A stretch of DNA of 63,996 nucleotides, filler included, from an uncultured Myxococcia bacterium (GTDB taxonomy: Bacteria > CAZTWC01): NCBI GenBank assembly GCA_964617105.1. It is 4 parts of 4 records of this genome, joined end to end, with 100 filler letters (N's around TTAATTAATTAA, not from the genome) between each part and the next. Parts side by side here need not be neighbours in the genome. Positions count along the whole stretch, not along the records: positions 1 to 18,871 come from CAZTWC010000041.1; positions 18,972 to 37,832 come from CAZTWC010000042.1; 2 more parts are not named here. One strand, written 5' to 3'. Shown here one piece after another: positions 10,772 to 20,777 of the stretch. The translations under genes were made by a program, and so were the position numbers. Below the pieces are notes generated by a model. That model ran no database searches. It was not told the DNA's origin and was given only the letters and a program-made list of their open reading frames with translations. Position 1 is the first letter of the stretch. Every line of letters begins with the position of its first letter.

Positions 10772-12016
10772 ATGGAAAAAAAGAGTTTGAGTCCTAAAAT
10801 AGATGCTGAATTTCAGCAGGGAATTGATGAAAACCTATTCTCCGCCGCAGTTTATCTGGTGGCCAGGGGAGATGAGATTCTCCACCGGCGACCATACGGC
10901 CATCTTTGGATGGAACCTGGTTACCCACCTGCTGACGGCAGAAACAGAGGCTCGCAAACCAGAATAGACAGCATCTTTGATGTAGCCTCCCTTACCAAGC
11001 CTTTAGTTACAGTGACTCTGGTTATGCTCGCTATACAAGATTCACTTTTACGCTTAGAGGACCGGGTAGGAGATTTGCTGCCAATATTTTTAGGCAGTGA
11101 TAAAGAGGATATTCTGGTAGAGCAATTATTAAGCCACTGCAGCGGTCTTAAGGAGTGGCACCCCTTTTATCAAGAGGTGGAACAGGCAGGACTAATGGGA
11201 AATACCGGAGCTGTCGATTTTGTGCGGCAAAGATTGCTTGTAACCCCTCTCCAATATCCTCCGGGCAGTAAAACTCTCTATAGTGATTTGGGATATTTAC
11301 TGTTGCAATGGATATTGGAAAAAGCACTGGGATCTGGCTCCATTGATAGTTTTTTCAGCCAACAGGTGGCAAATCCTCTGGGGCTGAAAAATATGTTCTA
11401 TATCAAACTATTTGACCGTAGATCCCCTTTCAGTCAAGTAATATCCACCGCTTCAATAGGTTTGGCCGCCATGGATGTCAAGATAGGTTCATTTTTTCCG
11501 GCGGAGGTAATAGAACGAATCGCAGCCACTGAGATTTGTTCGTGGCGCGGCCGCATGCTGCGCGGCCAGGTTCACGACAGAAATTGCTTTGCCATGAACG
11601 GTATTGGCGGCCATGCCGGACTCTTTGCCAGTATTGATTCAATCTATACCCTGCTTCGCCATTTGGCCGATTGCTATCAAGGTAAAAAAGGGATAATCCG
11701 GCCCGAAGTGATAAAACAGTTTTGGCGGCGCCGCCACCTGACGCTCGATTCCAGTTGGACCCTGGGTTACGATACCCCTTCAGAACAGGGCTCCACCCTG
11801 GGAGACACCTATTTTCGCCAGGCAGTGGGACATCTAGCCTTTACCGGTTGTTCCATGTGGTATGATCGCCAGGATGATATAACCATTATCCTGCTGGCCA
11901 ACCGGGTATATCCTTTTGACCTGAAGCAGCGTCAAGAAAAGTATAAACAGTTCAGGCGCCAGCTCCATCACCTTACCGGCCAGTGTTTGGAAAACACGAC
12001 CGTTACCGGGCCATGA
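10772..12016 (+). CDS. Serine hydrolase, beta-lactamase family
   Basis: FDVASLTK (SxxK), LLSHCSG, YSD, GQVHDRN, GHAGLF, GHLAFTG. Confidence 0.9.
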   Translation: MEKKSLSPKIDAEFQQGIDENLFSAAVYLVARGDEILHRRPYGHLWMEPGYPPADGRNRGSQTRIDSIFDVASLTKPLVTVTLVMLAIQDSLLRLEDRVGDLLPIFLGSDKEDILVEQLLSHCSGLKEWHPFYQEVEQAGLMGNTGAVDFVRQRLLVTPLQYPPGSKTLYSDLGYLLLQWILEKALGSGSIDSFFSQQVANPLGLKNMFYIKLFDRRSPFSQVISTASIGLAAMDVKIGSFFPAEVIERIAATEICSWRGRMLRGQVHDRNCFAMNGIGGHAGLFASIDSIYTLLRHLADCYQGKKGIIRPEVIKQFWRRRHLTLDSSWTLGYDTPSEQGSTLGDTYFRQAVGHLAFTGCSMWYDRQDDITIILLANRVYPFDLKQRQEKYKQFRRQLHHLTGQCLENTTVTGP

Positions 12017-12057
12017 GCGGGGGGTAGAAACTGTTTTCGATCGGAAATTATTATTTA

Positions 12058-13446
12058 TCAAACATAACTAAAAGTGGAATCAAAAATTCTTATTCCCGGT
12101 GATTCATATTCAAACTTTAATCCCCGGTCAACTTGTCCATGTTTCTTTTTTACCGCGGCTATTACATCGGATACATACTGAAAGTGTTCTAACGTGTAAA
12201 CCCGCCTGGGCACAGTCAGACGGCATAAATCCAGATTCGGTCTAATATTTTCGCCGGTATCCGGATTACGACCGGCCAGACAGGAGCCTATTTCCACCAC
12301 TCTAATGCCGCCCTCTTTATAAATTTCAACGCATAATAATTGCGAGGGGTACTGATCTTCCGGAACCCGCGGGAAAAATTTGCGGCAATCGATAAAAACC
12401 GCGTGCCCACCTACCGGCTCTACTATGGGGATATCAGCCTTCTCTTTCAACATCTGGCCCAGATCGGCCACCTGGCCGATGCGATAGTTCAAATAGGTAT
12501 AGTCCACCACCTCTTGCAAACCCTGGGCCAAAGATTCCATCATCAATCCGCTCATGCCGCCGTAAGTGATATAGCCCTCAAACAATATGGTAAATGGTTT
12601 CAACTGCTCGTACAATTCCTTGTCCCTGAGCACCAATAAGCCTCCCATGGGCGAAATCGCGTCCTTTTTGGAACTCATGGTAAAACCATCGGCATATTGG
12701 AACATCTCCAGCACTATCTCTCTGATCGATTTATCTTGAAATCCATCTTCCCTGGCCTTGATAAAGTAGGCGTTTTCAGCAAAACGGGCGGCATCGAAGT
12801 AGATGGGGATATTCTGGCTCCGGCATAATTCACTGACGGCCTTGATATTAGCCATGGAAACCGGCTGTCCTCCGCCGGAATTGCAAGTAATGGTTATCAG
12901 CACGTAGGCAATGGCTTTGGGTCCGTATTTTTCGACAACATCGGCCAGTTTTCCCACATCCAGGTTACCTTTAAAGGGGTGGTAGAGGTTGGATGAACTA
13001 CTCTCCTCAATGGTTACGTCAACACATCTGCCCCGGGCATATTCAATATGCTCCTTGGTGGTGTCGAAATGGGTATTGCCGGGCACTAACTGATGCGGTT
13101 TAACCATAGCCGAGTTTAAAACCCGCTCTGCAGCCCGTCCCTGGTGGACCGGTAAGATCAAGGGTAAATCAAAGATCTCCCGCACCTGTTTTTCCAGTTT
13201 TCGAAAACTCCTTGAACCAGCGTATGATTCATCGCCCAGCATCATTTGCGATTGCTGGTTTATGCTGATGGCCCCAGTTCCACTATCGGTTAAAAGATCG
13301 ATGTAAACATCGGAAGATTCCAGCCGGAACACATTCAGGCCGGCTTTGGTAATCAATTCTTCCCGTTTATCCCTTGGTGGTAAAAAAATAGGTTCTATCA
13401 CTTTGGCTTTAAAGGGGATAACTCTTCTCGTCCTTTCGCTCATCAA
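12058..13446 (-). CDS. tnaA: Tryptophanase (beta-eliminating lyase family)
   Basis: DLLTDSGT, GDESYAGS, HFDTT, DAARFAEN, MSSKKD (PLP Lys), GGHAVFID, EIGS, RLTVPRRVYT. Confidence 0.8.
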   Translation of the reverse strand: MMSERTRRVIPFKAKVIEPIFLPPRDKREELITKAGLNVFRLESSDVYIDLLTDSGTGAISINQQSQMMLGDESYAGSRSFRKLEKQVREIFDLPLILPVHQGRAAERVLNSAMVKPHQLVPGNTHFDTTKEHIEYARGRCVDVTIEESSSSNLYHPFKGNLDVGKLADVVEKYGPKAIAYVLITITCNSGGGQPVSMANIKAVSELCRSQNIPIYFDAARFAENAYFIKAREDGFQDKSIREIVLEMFQYADGFTMSSKKDAISPMGGLLVLRDKELYEQLKPFTILFEGYITYGGMSGLMMESLAQGLQEVVDYTYLNYRIGQVADLGQMLKEKADIPIVEPVGGHAVFIDCRKFFPRVPEDQYPSQLLCVEIYKEGGIRVVEIGSCLAGRNPDTGENIRPNLDLCRLTVPRRVYTLEHFQYVSDVIAAVKKKHGQVDRGLKFEYESPGIRIFDSTFSYV

Positions 13447-13478
13447 TAACTCCTTTTTCTATCTCGATATAACTATAC

Positions 13479-14417
13479 TCAAGTATTGTGGTTCTGGAGG
13501 GAATCTAAAAAACTATCTTCCAGGCTTTGTCCCCGCTTGACCTCCCTTATGTCGATCTTCATTAGAAGCATTTTTTGCATCAATTCCCGCAACTGCTCAT
13601 TTACCTCGGTTTTGGAAAGGGTAAAGGTAAGTTTTAACAGTTTTTTATCTGCTTGCCACTGGGTACGGCAGGCTTTTATTTGATCTATCTCCTTCTCTAA
13701 TTGGGGGGGCAAGGCGTCAAGATCCAGGACTAACCAGATCACTTTTTCCTGCTCAGTGATCTCGGCAATAGGACCCTGAAAAATCTGTCTGCCCTGGTCT
13801 ATAATCAGAGCATGACTGCACAACTCTTCCACTTCAGTCAAGTTATGAGAGGAGATTATCATGGTTGTGCGGCTGGAAAAATCGATGATAAGTTCTTTTA
13901 CTTCCCGGGCGTGTCTGGGATCCAGCCCTGAGGTGGGTTCATCCAGCAAGATTATTTCCGGATCTCCCAAAAAAGCCTGGGCGATAGCCAACCGCTTACG
14001 CATACCGTGGCTGAGGCCGCCTATTTTAGCCCGTTTTTTATCGGTTAGTCCCACCCTTTGTAACCGATCTTCTACCTGTTGCTCTAAATGGCTGTCCCTC
14101 AATCCTTGCAGGCGACCCAACATGCGCATCAAGGTCAAGGGGGAAAAATCGGGATAAAGTTCGGCATCCTGGCAGAGAGCTCCAATCTTACCCGTCTTTA
14201 TGATGGATGCTGCCGTTTTTTTGCCCAAAATCTCGATACTGCCCTTATGGGGTTTGATAAAACCGGCCAGCAGGGAAAAGAGGGTGGTCTTGCCAGCCCC
14301 GTTGGGGCCTATAACCGCAAAAATTGCTTGAACCGGCACCTGTAGGTTAAGGTAATCAACCGCTTTAATTGCCCCATAATTACGGCATAATCCTATAGTT
14401 TCAACTGCATAAGTCAT
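13479..14417 (-). CDS. ABC-2 type exporter ATP-binding protein
   Basis: GPNGAGKTT, LSHGMRKR, LLDEPTSGLDP, SSH. Confidence 0.93.
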   Translation of the reverse strand: MTYAVETIGLCRNYGAIKAVDYLNLQVPVQAIFAVIGPNGAGKTTLFSLLAGFIKPHKGSIEILGKKTAASIIKTGKIGALCQDAELYPDFSPLTLMRMLGRLQGLRDSHLEQQVEDRLQRVGLTDKKRAKIGGLSHGMRKRLAIAQAFLGDPEIILLDEPTSGLDPRHAREVKELIIDFSSRTTMIISSHNLTEVEELCSHALIIDQGRQIFQGPIAEITEQEKVIWLVLDLDALPPQLEKEIDQIKACRTQWQADKKLLKLTFTLSKTEVNEQLRELMQKMLLMKIDIREVKRGQSLEDSFLDSLQNHNT

Positions 14418-14430
14418 AGTAGTGCTGTTT

Positions 14431-15306
14431 TTACACGTCCCGCTTGGAAAAAATAAAATAGCTCAGAGAGATGAATACAGCGGTAAAGATTATTAGTATT
14501 GCCGCCGCTATACATACGGTTCCTATTTCCTGGCTATAAAAATCAGTCTTATATCTAAAGGGAGATAGAATTTGCCAACTTTCGTTGCTTTCCAATATCC
14601 AGAGTACAAAAATGGAAATAAAGCCTAACGCCATAACCGAAAACTTTTTTTTCACCAGGCAAGAGAACAGCAGAGTTAAACTGGTAAAACAGCCTCCGTA
14701 GATCAAAGTCAACAACCAGAATTTAAACAGGGAAAGCAGAAATAAAGAATAATCTCCGATAGGAAAAATATCAGCCTTATAGAGAATATAGAGCAAAGAG
14801 GCGAAATATCCGGTCAGAGTGATGGCTCCCAAAAGCAGAAATTCTCCAGCAAATTTCCCTAGAATCAGGGTGAGACGGGAGGTACGCAGCAGCAGATAAC
14901 GGATACCTTTATCCCGGATGTCCTGGCTCACCTGGTTGTGGGATAAAAGCAGGACAAACAAAGGCAAAACCATGGTGGAGAGGAAAAAGATAAGCAGCAC
15001 TCCCAGGGGTATCTGGAGTAAATACTCCACCATCTGTTCCGAAGCGCCGCCTGTGGCAAAGATACGGTGCTTAAGTTCCTCGATTTCCGTTGGCTGGAGT
15101 GACTTGACACCGAGATGTTTTGCCTGGGTATAGATCTCATCGTATACCTCAAAAAAGATAGCCAGACCGGCTAGTAGAATAGTGTTAAAAAGAAGTAGGA
15201 AAAACCATCCCCGTTTACTCTTTAGAGCACGGCTCAGTTGAAACAAACAAATTGTCCAGATGTGATTCAGCAAGAAGTTATCCTTAATGGTTGAAAGACC
15301 TATCAT
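14431..15306 (-). CDS. ABC-2 type exporter permease
   Basis: Multiple TM helices; IRYLLLRTSRLTLILGKF; ends FSKRDV; adjacent to the ATPase. Confidence 0.85.
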   Translation of the reverse strand: MIGLSTIKDNFLLNHIWTICLFQLSRALKSKRGWFFLLLFNTILLAGLAIFFEVYDEIYTQAKHLGVKSLQPTEIEELKHRIFATGGASEQMVEYLLQIPLGVLLIFFLSTMVLPLFVLLLSHNQVSQDIRDKGIRYLLLRTSRLTLILGKFAGEFLLLGAITLTGYFASLLYILYKADIFPIGDYSLFLLSLFKFWLLTLIYGGCFTSLTLLFSCLVKKKFSVMALGFISIFVLWILESNESWQILSPFRYKTDFYSQEIGTVCIAAAILIIFTAVFISLSYFIFSKRDV

Positions 15307-15415
15307 AATAGCACTTTATGGCGCTGTTGTATAGGGGGAAAGGTGAAGAGGCCCAGCCAACCTTTGGCTTGCTTAGGCGAGGCAAATGGGGTATGCTCAT
15401 TAGTGGAGGCGAGAT

Positions 15416-16579
15416 ATGCAGAAAAAAACATATACCGGCCCGGCTAGATATGTACCGGTGGTGCTTTTGGTACTACTCTTTTTATCCACTGGGTTAAGAG
15501 CGGAAAACTCGCCCACGGAAAACCAGCAAAAAAAGTGGCCAACCCAACCCGCCTCGGAAGCGGTACAACTCCTTACCGGCGCCAACCACTATTTTGCCCG
15601 GAACCAGTTTGATAAAGCACGCCCATTCTATGAGAACGCGATTCTACTCTATCCCAACTATCCTTTGGCTTTGGCCCTCCACGGCAATTTTCTTCTGGCT
15701 ACCGGTGAATACAAACTGGCCGCTTTTGAGATACGTAAAGCTATTGAAATTGCGGGTATCACCAGCCAGATAATCTGGAATGTCAGAGAGGCCTGGCGCG
15801 ATTATCCTTTACTTGCTCAACGGATAAAAGAATTACAAATCGAGGCGGAAAACCGGGGTGGTGAATTTTTATGGCTGATAGGCTTTTATACGGCCATAAT
15901 CGGGTATAACCGCACCGCCCGCTATTATTTAGGTCGCTGGTTAGAACAAAACTCCAATGACCCGCTGGCCCAAAAACTCGAACATTATACCCAAAAACTT
16001 CCCTACTTGCCTCTCCCCCATCTGCTGGTAGATAAGGCGTTGCAATTTGACCATGATCAATATCACCATATTGAACCAATTCGCTTTCGATTTTACTCCC
16101 AAATGGGATCTTCCCTGCTTTTAAACGGGATGGACAATTCCTTTAAATACAGTGCTGCATTGGGATTGGGGGCAGGATTACAGGTCAACCGGCTGATGGC
16201 TGATTTGAATCTGAATGTCACCCAATTTAACCACCAGGGGATGCGGACCGAAATATTCTGTTTCTCGCCCGGTTTTGACCTGGGCTACCATCTCCCCCTG
16301 GGCCAGGGAGTATGGACAAATCTTAAGGTCGGTTATCAACTTCATTTTTTACAACGGGCCAATCCTAACCACCCGCTTTACCAACCGCTCTATATCTGGG
16401 GCCACGGACCCCAGGCTGGAGTTGAAATCTATTACCTGTTTTCCACTTATGACGGTCTAATCCGCGTGCCAATAGGATTTTCTTTATCGGGCCATCACTA
16501 TTTTCTTCCCCAGGCAGATGGATTCACCTTTAGCGGACAAACCTTGAACTTGATGTTCAAAATCGGCATGGAGATGTGA
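15416..16579 (+). CDS. Exported TPR-containing protein with probable C-terminal beta-barrel
   Basis: Signal peptide, TPR-like helices (FDKARPFYENAILLYPNY), alternating aromatic beta-strands at the C-terminus; GGAGG RBS. Confidence 0.6.
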   Translation: MQKKTYTGPARYVPVVLLVLLFLSTGLRAENSPTENQQKKWPTQPASEAVQLLTGANHYFARNQFDKARPFYENAILLYPNYPLALALHGNFLLATGEYKLAAFEIRKAIEIAGITSQIIWNVREAWRDYPLLAQRIKELQIEAENRGGEFLWLIGFYTAIIGYNRTARYYLGRWLEQNSNDPLAQKLEHYTQKLPYLPLPHLLVDKALQFDHDQYHHIEPIRFRFYSQMGSSLLLNGMDNSFKYSAALGLGAGLQVNRLMADLNLNVTQFNHQGMRTEIFCFSPGFDLGYHLPLGQGVWTNLKVGYQLHFLQRANPNHPLYQPLYIWGHGPQAGVEIYYLFSTYDGLIRVPIGFSLSGHHYFLPQADGFTFSGQTLNLMFKIGMEM

Positions 16580-16580
16580 C

Positions 16581-16982
16581 TTGAATAAGTATCACTACAA
16601 GGGCCGGTTTCCTCAGGCAATGGAACTGTTTAAACTGGTAAAAATGGTTATGGAGCACCTTTGCCAGGATAAGGTAACTGATTTTAAGGTGGGCAGTCTG
16701 CTGGACATGAGCCGGCAATATACCCACTTTTGGAAAGCCGGTTACCAGGGCCTCGGTCTAAAGCACTATCGCATTTTACTTGATAAAACCGATATCCCCC
16801 CAGCCTTGCTTTTTGATATTCTGCTAGGTAAACAGAGCGCAGCCGAAGCCTTTGATATTTACTGCATAAGTCAATATAGCGCCAATTGCAAAAACCAAGA
16901 TTTCTATCTCTCCATCAGAGGAAATAAAAAACCCACCAAAAAGATGGTATCGGAGTTGCAAAGGGTTATCGACCGCTTTTAG
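16581..16982 (+). CDS. Hypothetical protein, possible XRE-like HTH
   Basis: TTG start 1 nt after the previous stop, GGAG upstream; VTDFKVGSLLDMSRQYTHFWKAG fits an HTH pattern. Confidence 0.5.
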   Translation: MNKYHYKGRFPQAMELFKLVKMVMEHLCQDKVTDFKVGSLLDMSRQYTHFWKAGYQGLGLKHYRILLDKTDIPPALLFDILLGKQSAAEAFDIYCISQYSANCKNQDFYLSIRGNKKPTKKMVSELQRVIDRF

Positions 16983-17040
16983 GACGGGAACTATTTAATA
17001 ATGGAAAATCCCTCTGGGCGCAATAGGGCCTAAAAAATCA

Positions 17041-18201
17041 TCACCCGATCAAATCGCCACTCCATAGCATGGCCAAAAATTCGGGCCAAGGTAAGATATC
17101 TATTGGGCCAACTTTGCGGATATACTTTTCATTGCATACTAAAATCGCTTTTTTGGGATTATGTTCTTCTGTAAAAACTTTCAAAGGGCGCAGGTGTTTG
17201 TTAAGTATATTACTACTCCCCTTTACTTCTATGGCCACCTCACCATTTTGGAGAATAAAATCAACCTCTATTCCGCCTTTTGTCCGCCAAAACCGAATGG
17301 AATAATCGAGTTCAGAATATGCCCGGTGCGCCAAAAGTTCCATCAAAATAAAGTGTTCAAAGGCCTTGCCAAATTCTTCACCCCGCTCCTCGATCAATCT
17401 TCTTTTGGTCAAAAATCCCGCTACTCCGACGTCAAAAAGATAAAATTTTGGGGTTGAAGTAATTATCTGTCTCCCTTTAATTTTACTGAATGGCTCAATG
17501 AACTGACCCAAAAGGGTATCTACCAGGATCTGGTAATAGGCTTTAACAGTTTTGGCATCGACTCCACAATCCCGGGCGATATTGACATAGTTGGTAAGTT
17601 CTCCGTGGCTGTATCCCAGAGAATCCAAAAAACGGGAAAAAGCCGGAACATTTCTGACTAAACCCTCCTGGCTGATCTCCTCTTTTAAATAATCAATCAG
17701 ATATGCTTTCAGGGTCCTCAAATAGTTTTTATCAAGATAGTGCGAAGGTATGAGACCTCTATTTAAGGCTTTTAATAGGTCAATTGGAGCAATCTCTTTC
17801 CAAGTTAAAGGAAACATTTGCATTCGCCAGGCTCGCCCACCCAAAAGATTGGCCTGTCCTCTTTTTACTTTTCTGGCACTGGAACCACACAAAATAAAAC
17901 TCAATTTTTTATTTTCAATTAACCAGTGAATTTCATCCAATAATCTGGGGATTTTTTGCACTTCGTCTACAATTATAGGCTTCTTTAGTTTTACCGAAGG
18001 ATTGGCCAGGACTTGTTCCCTAAAGAGCGATGGGTTTTTGGAAAGTTCAAAATAGAGATCGGTTTTCAAAAAGTCAAAATAGATACTTTCAGGAAAGTTA
18101 GTCTTTAAAAATGTGGACTTGCCGGTCTTGCGCGGACCCCATAAAAAAGCACTCTGTCCCGAAGGCAAATCAAAGTTTAATATCCTTTTAAAGTCAACCA
18201 T
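17041..18201 (-). CDS. AAA_14 ATPase with DUF4143 (PD-(D/E)xK-like C-terminus)
   Basis: GPRKTGKST, VDEVQK, GSSAR, LLGGRA, PKFYLFDVG, EVDF...AIEVK. Confidence 0.9.
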   Translation of the reverse strand: MVDFKRILNFDLPSGQSAFLWGPRKTGKSTFLKTNFPESIYFDFLKTDLYFELSKNPSLFREQVLANPSVKLKKPIIVDEVQKIPRLLDEIHWLIENKKLSFILCGSSARKVKRGQANLLGGRAWRMQMFPLTWKEIAPIDLLKALNRGLIPSHYLDKNYLRTLKAYLIDYLKEEISQEGLVRNVPAFSRFLDSLGYSHGELTNYVNIARDCGVDAKTVKAYYQILVDTLLGQFIEPFSKIKGRQIITSTPKFYLFDVGVAGFLTKRRLIEERGEEFGKAFEHFILMELLAHRAYSELDYSIRFWRTKGGIEVDFILQNGEVAIEVKGSSNILNKHLRPLKVFTEEHNPKKAILVCNEKYIRKVGPIDILPWPEFLAMLWSGDLIG

Positions 18202-18477
18202 GCCGGAACAACCTCCTGATTAGTCAGACTAATACGGAATTCATTCTACTTTAAATAAAAAGAAAAGTCAAAATAAATTCATTGACCGGTTTTAATATTT
18301 CTGAAAACTAAAAACAATTATTTATATTCTTCTGTTCTTGACAAAGTCATTGTTAATGTTTACTTTTTATTTCAGGTTAATTTGCGAAGCAATATTTGTC
18401 GCTTTTTTAAATTGCCAACAGATGCCAATTATGTTAATTTGTTATACAAATTTTTATAATGAATTTAGAGCAATAAT

Positions 18478-18871
18478 ATGATTAAGTCCTGCTTTTTACC
18501 AACCAAGTGGTTCAAAATATTCACAACCAGATTATTCTCCGTATGGAAACCTATTTATGCTCATTGGAGACTGGTTAATTTTCGATTTTTTTCTGCCAAG
18601 GCACTGGTAGCCTTGTTGATGATCCTGTTCTCCTTCGCTCTGCCCTCACTGGCCGCCAAAAAGCCTGAAACCCTGGTGATTGCCGATCTAAAACCGATAA
18701 AACCGTTAAGTAAAAGCCAGGCTTATGCGATTACCGAAAGAGTGCGGGATGTAGTGATCAACTCCGGGATTTTTCAGGTATTGAGCCGGGAGGAGATGGA
18801 AAATATCCGCCGGGAAGCCAGGTTCCAGATGTCGGATGAGTGTAAAAAGGGGGAGGATGAAATCTCCTGTT
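18478..18871 (+). CDS. Exported CsgG/TolB-N-like protein, truncated by contig end (start uncertain)
   Basis: Signal-like LVALLMILFSFALPSLAA, then FQVLSREEMENIRREARFQMSDEC. Confidence 0.55.
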
Positions 18872-18971
18872 NNNNNNNNNNNNNNNNNNNNNNNNNNNNN
18901 NNNNNNNNNNNNNNNTTAATTAATTAANNNNNNNNNNNNNNNNNNNNNNNNNNNNNNNNNNNNNNNNNNNN
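18872..18971. other. Artificial contig linker N44-TTAATTAATTAA-N44
   Basis: Six-frame stop spacer; genes are truncated on both sides. Confidence 0.98.
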
Positions 18972-18973
18972 TC

Positions 18974-20014
18974 AAGGATTGTATTGCGGAAGGTTCCAAA
19001 GCTATTGACTGGCATAAAAAACATGGCAAAAGCAAAAACAAGGGAAGGATTAGGCGGGGTGTCGGCATGGCCACAATGGGACACTGTACTGGAGCAGCCC
19101 CCCTTTATATCGACCATTCCAATGCCGTGATAAAATTCAACGAAGATGGTTCAGCCGATCTTATCGTCCATCCGGCCCAGGTTGGGCAACACATTTGGGG
19201 TGCATTGACCCAAATCGCTGCTCAGGAACTAGGACTTGAGATCGACGATATCAAAATTGTAACCGGGGATACCGATGTAACCTTGTTCGAATATGGTTCT
19301 GACGCCAGTCGATCAACCTATGCCATCGGGAATGCCACCCTCCTTTCGGCTCGTCGGGCAAAGAATCAACTCTTGGCCCATGCCAGCAAAATGCTCAATC
19401 ATCCGCAAGATGATATGGAAATAAAAAGCCGGCTGATATATTCCAAAAGCGATCCTACAAAATCTATTTCCATCGGAGATATATGTAACAACGGAATATA
19501 CAATTTCCATGGACATGCGAAACACTTCGTTGGACAGTGTTCATGGGAAAGCAAGTGGAATTCTCCTCCCACAGGCGCATATTTTGCCGAGGTCGAAGTC
19601 GATACGGAAACAGGTGAAGTGTCCGTCCTCAAATTTGTCACCGCCATCGATTGTGGAACAGCAATCAATCCGAATGCTGTTGAGGGACAAATCGAAGGAG
19701 CGATTCAGCAAGGGATCGGGTATACACTCACCGAGGATTATCTGATCGACCAAAAAACCGGCGAAGTGCTCACCGATAACTACGATAGTTATAAAATGCC
19801 TGGTTCCATGGATATGCCCAAAACCAATACTGTTATTATTATAGATAAACCCGACCCGAAAGGTCCATTTGGAGCGAAAGGTGTTGGTGAAGCCGGCATG
19901 GTCGGGGTAGCGCCAGCCATTGGCAATGCAATTTATGATGCTATCGGTATTCGGATTAAGGATTTACCGATAACGCCTGAAAAGGTCCTTGAGGCTTTGA
20001 GGAATTATAGTTAA
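18974..20014 (+). CDS. Xanthine dehydrogenase-family molybdopterin-binding subunit, C-terminal part (5' truncated)
   Basis: Frame is open back to the contig start (KDCIAEGSKAIDW...RRGVGMA); EVEVDTETGEV, DCGTAINP, EGQIEG, GPFGAKGVGE. Confidence 0.92.
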   Translation, partial: KDCIAEGSKAIDWHKKHGKSKNKGRIRRGVGMATMGHCTGAAPLYIDHSNAVIKFNEDGSADLIVHPAQVGQHIWGALTQIAAQELGLEIDDIKIVTGDTDVTLFEYGSDASRSTYAIGNATLLSARRAKNQLLAHASKMLNHPQDDMEIKSRLIYSKSDPTKSISIGDICNNGIYNFHGHAKHFVGQCSWESKWNSPPTGAYFAEVEVDTETGEVSVLKFVTAIDCGTAINPNAVEGQIEGAIQQGIGYTLTEDYLIDQKTGEVLTDNYDSYKMPGSMDMPKTNTVIIIDKPDPKGPFGAKGVGEAGMVGVAPAIGNAIYDAIGIRIKDLPITPEKVLEALRNYS

Positions 20015-20027
20015 AAGAGAAAAGAAA

Positions 20028-20624
20028 ATGGAAAAGCCCAAAATATTGCTGATTGATGATGAACAAATGATCTATGAATCGATCAAATTGCTTTTAAGGA
20101 GGGAACCGTACAACATTTTATGGGCTAAAAATGGCAAAGAAGGGCTGGATATGTTCAGCAAAGAAAATCCTGCCACCACAATTCTCGATATCAATATGCC
20201 AATAATGAATGGTATAGGATTTTTAAAGCGGGCTAAATCATCCGACTATAATTTGTCTTCTGTGATAGTCCTCACCGGCCATGGAGAAGACAAAGAGATG
20301 GAACAGTGTTTCAATCTGGGAGTTTCCATTTTTTTTCGAAAGCCGTTTCATCCGATTGAACTAAAGGGTTTTATCAACCATTTTGTTGGTTTTAAAAAAG
20401 TACAAAAGAATTTGATACATGAGATCAATAATAACATAAAGTTAAAACAGAAAATCAAACAGATGCAAGGTAAAAAAGTTGGTTTGGCATGTAAATATTT
20501 AAGCGAGTGTCGCCATATAGATTTCACCCAGGATTTCTTCTATCAACATATGGAAATATACTGCCGGGAAGACGATAAATTCAAAAAATGCCCTTTCTAC
20601 CGTAGTTATCAGAAACAAAAATGA
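20028..20624 (+). CDS. Response regulator (REC) with C-terminal Cys-cluster domain
   Basis: LLIDDE, LDINMP, LTGHG, RKPF; C-terminal CKYLSEC...YC...KC. Confidence 0.8.
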   Translation: MEKPKILLIDDEQMIYESIKLLLRREPYNILWAKNGKEGLDMFSKENPATTILDINMPIMNGIGFLKRAKSSDYNLSSVIVLTGHGEDKEMEQCFNLGVSIFFRKPFHPIELKGFINHFVGFKKVQKNLIHEINNNIKLKQKIKQMQGKKVGLACKYLSECRHIDFTQDFFYQHMEIYCREDDKFKKCPFYRSYQKQK

Positions 20625-20777
20625 CCTAATTATAATAAGTCCTATCTTATTCTGGGTGAACAAACCCTTGCAGAACGTTATGCCCGAATAGCTTTAAAGA
20701 AAACTGAGACACCACTCGAAAAACTCAAAGTATTTGAAATTATTAAATCAAAAACAGCCAAATGAATTGATAGCAAA

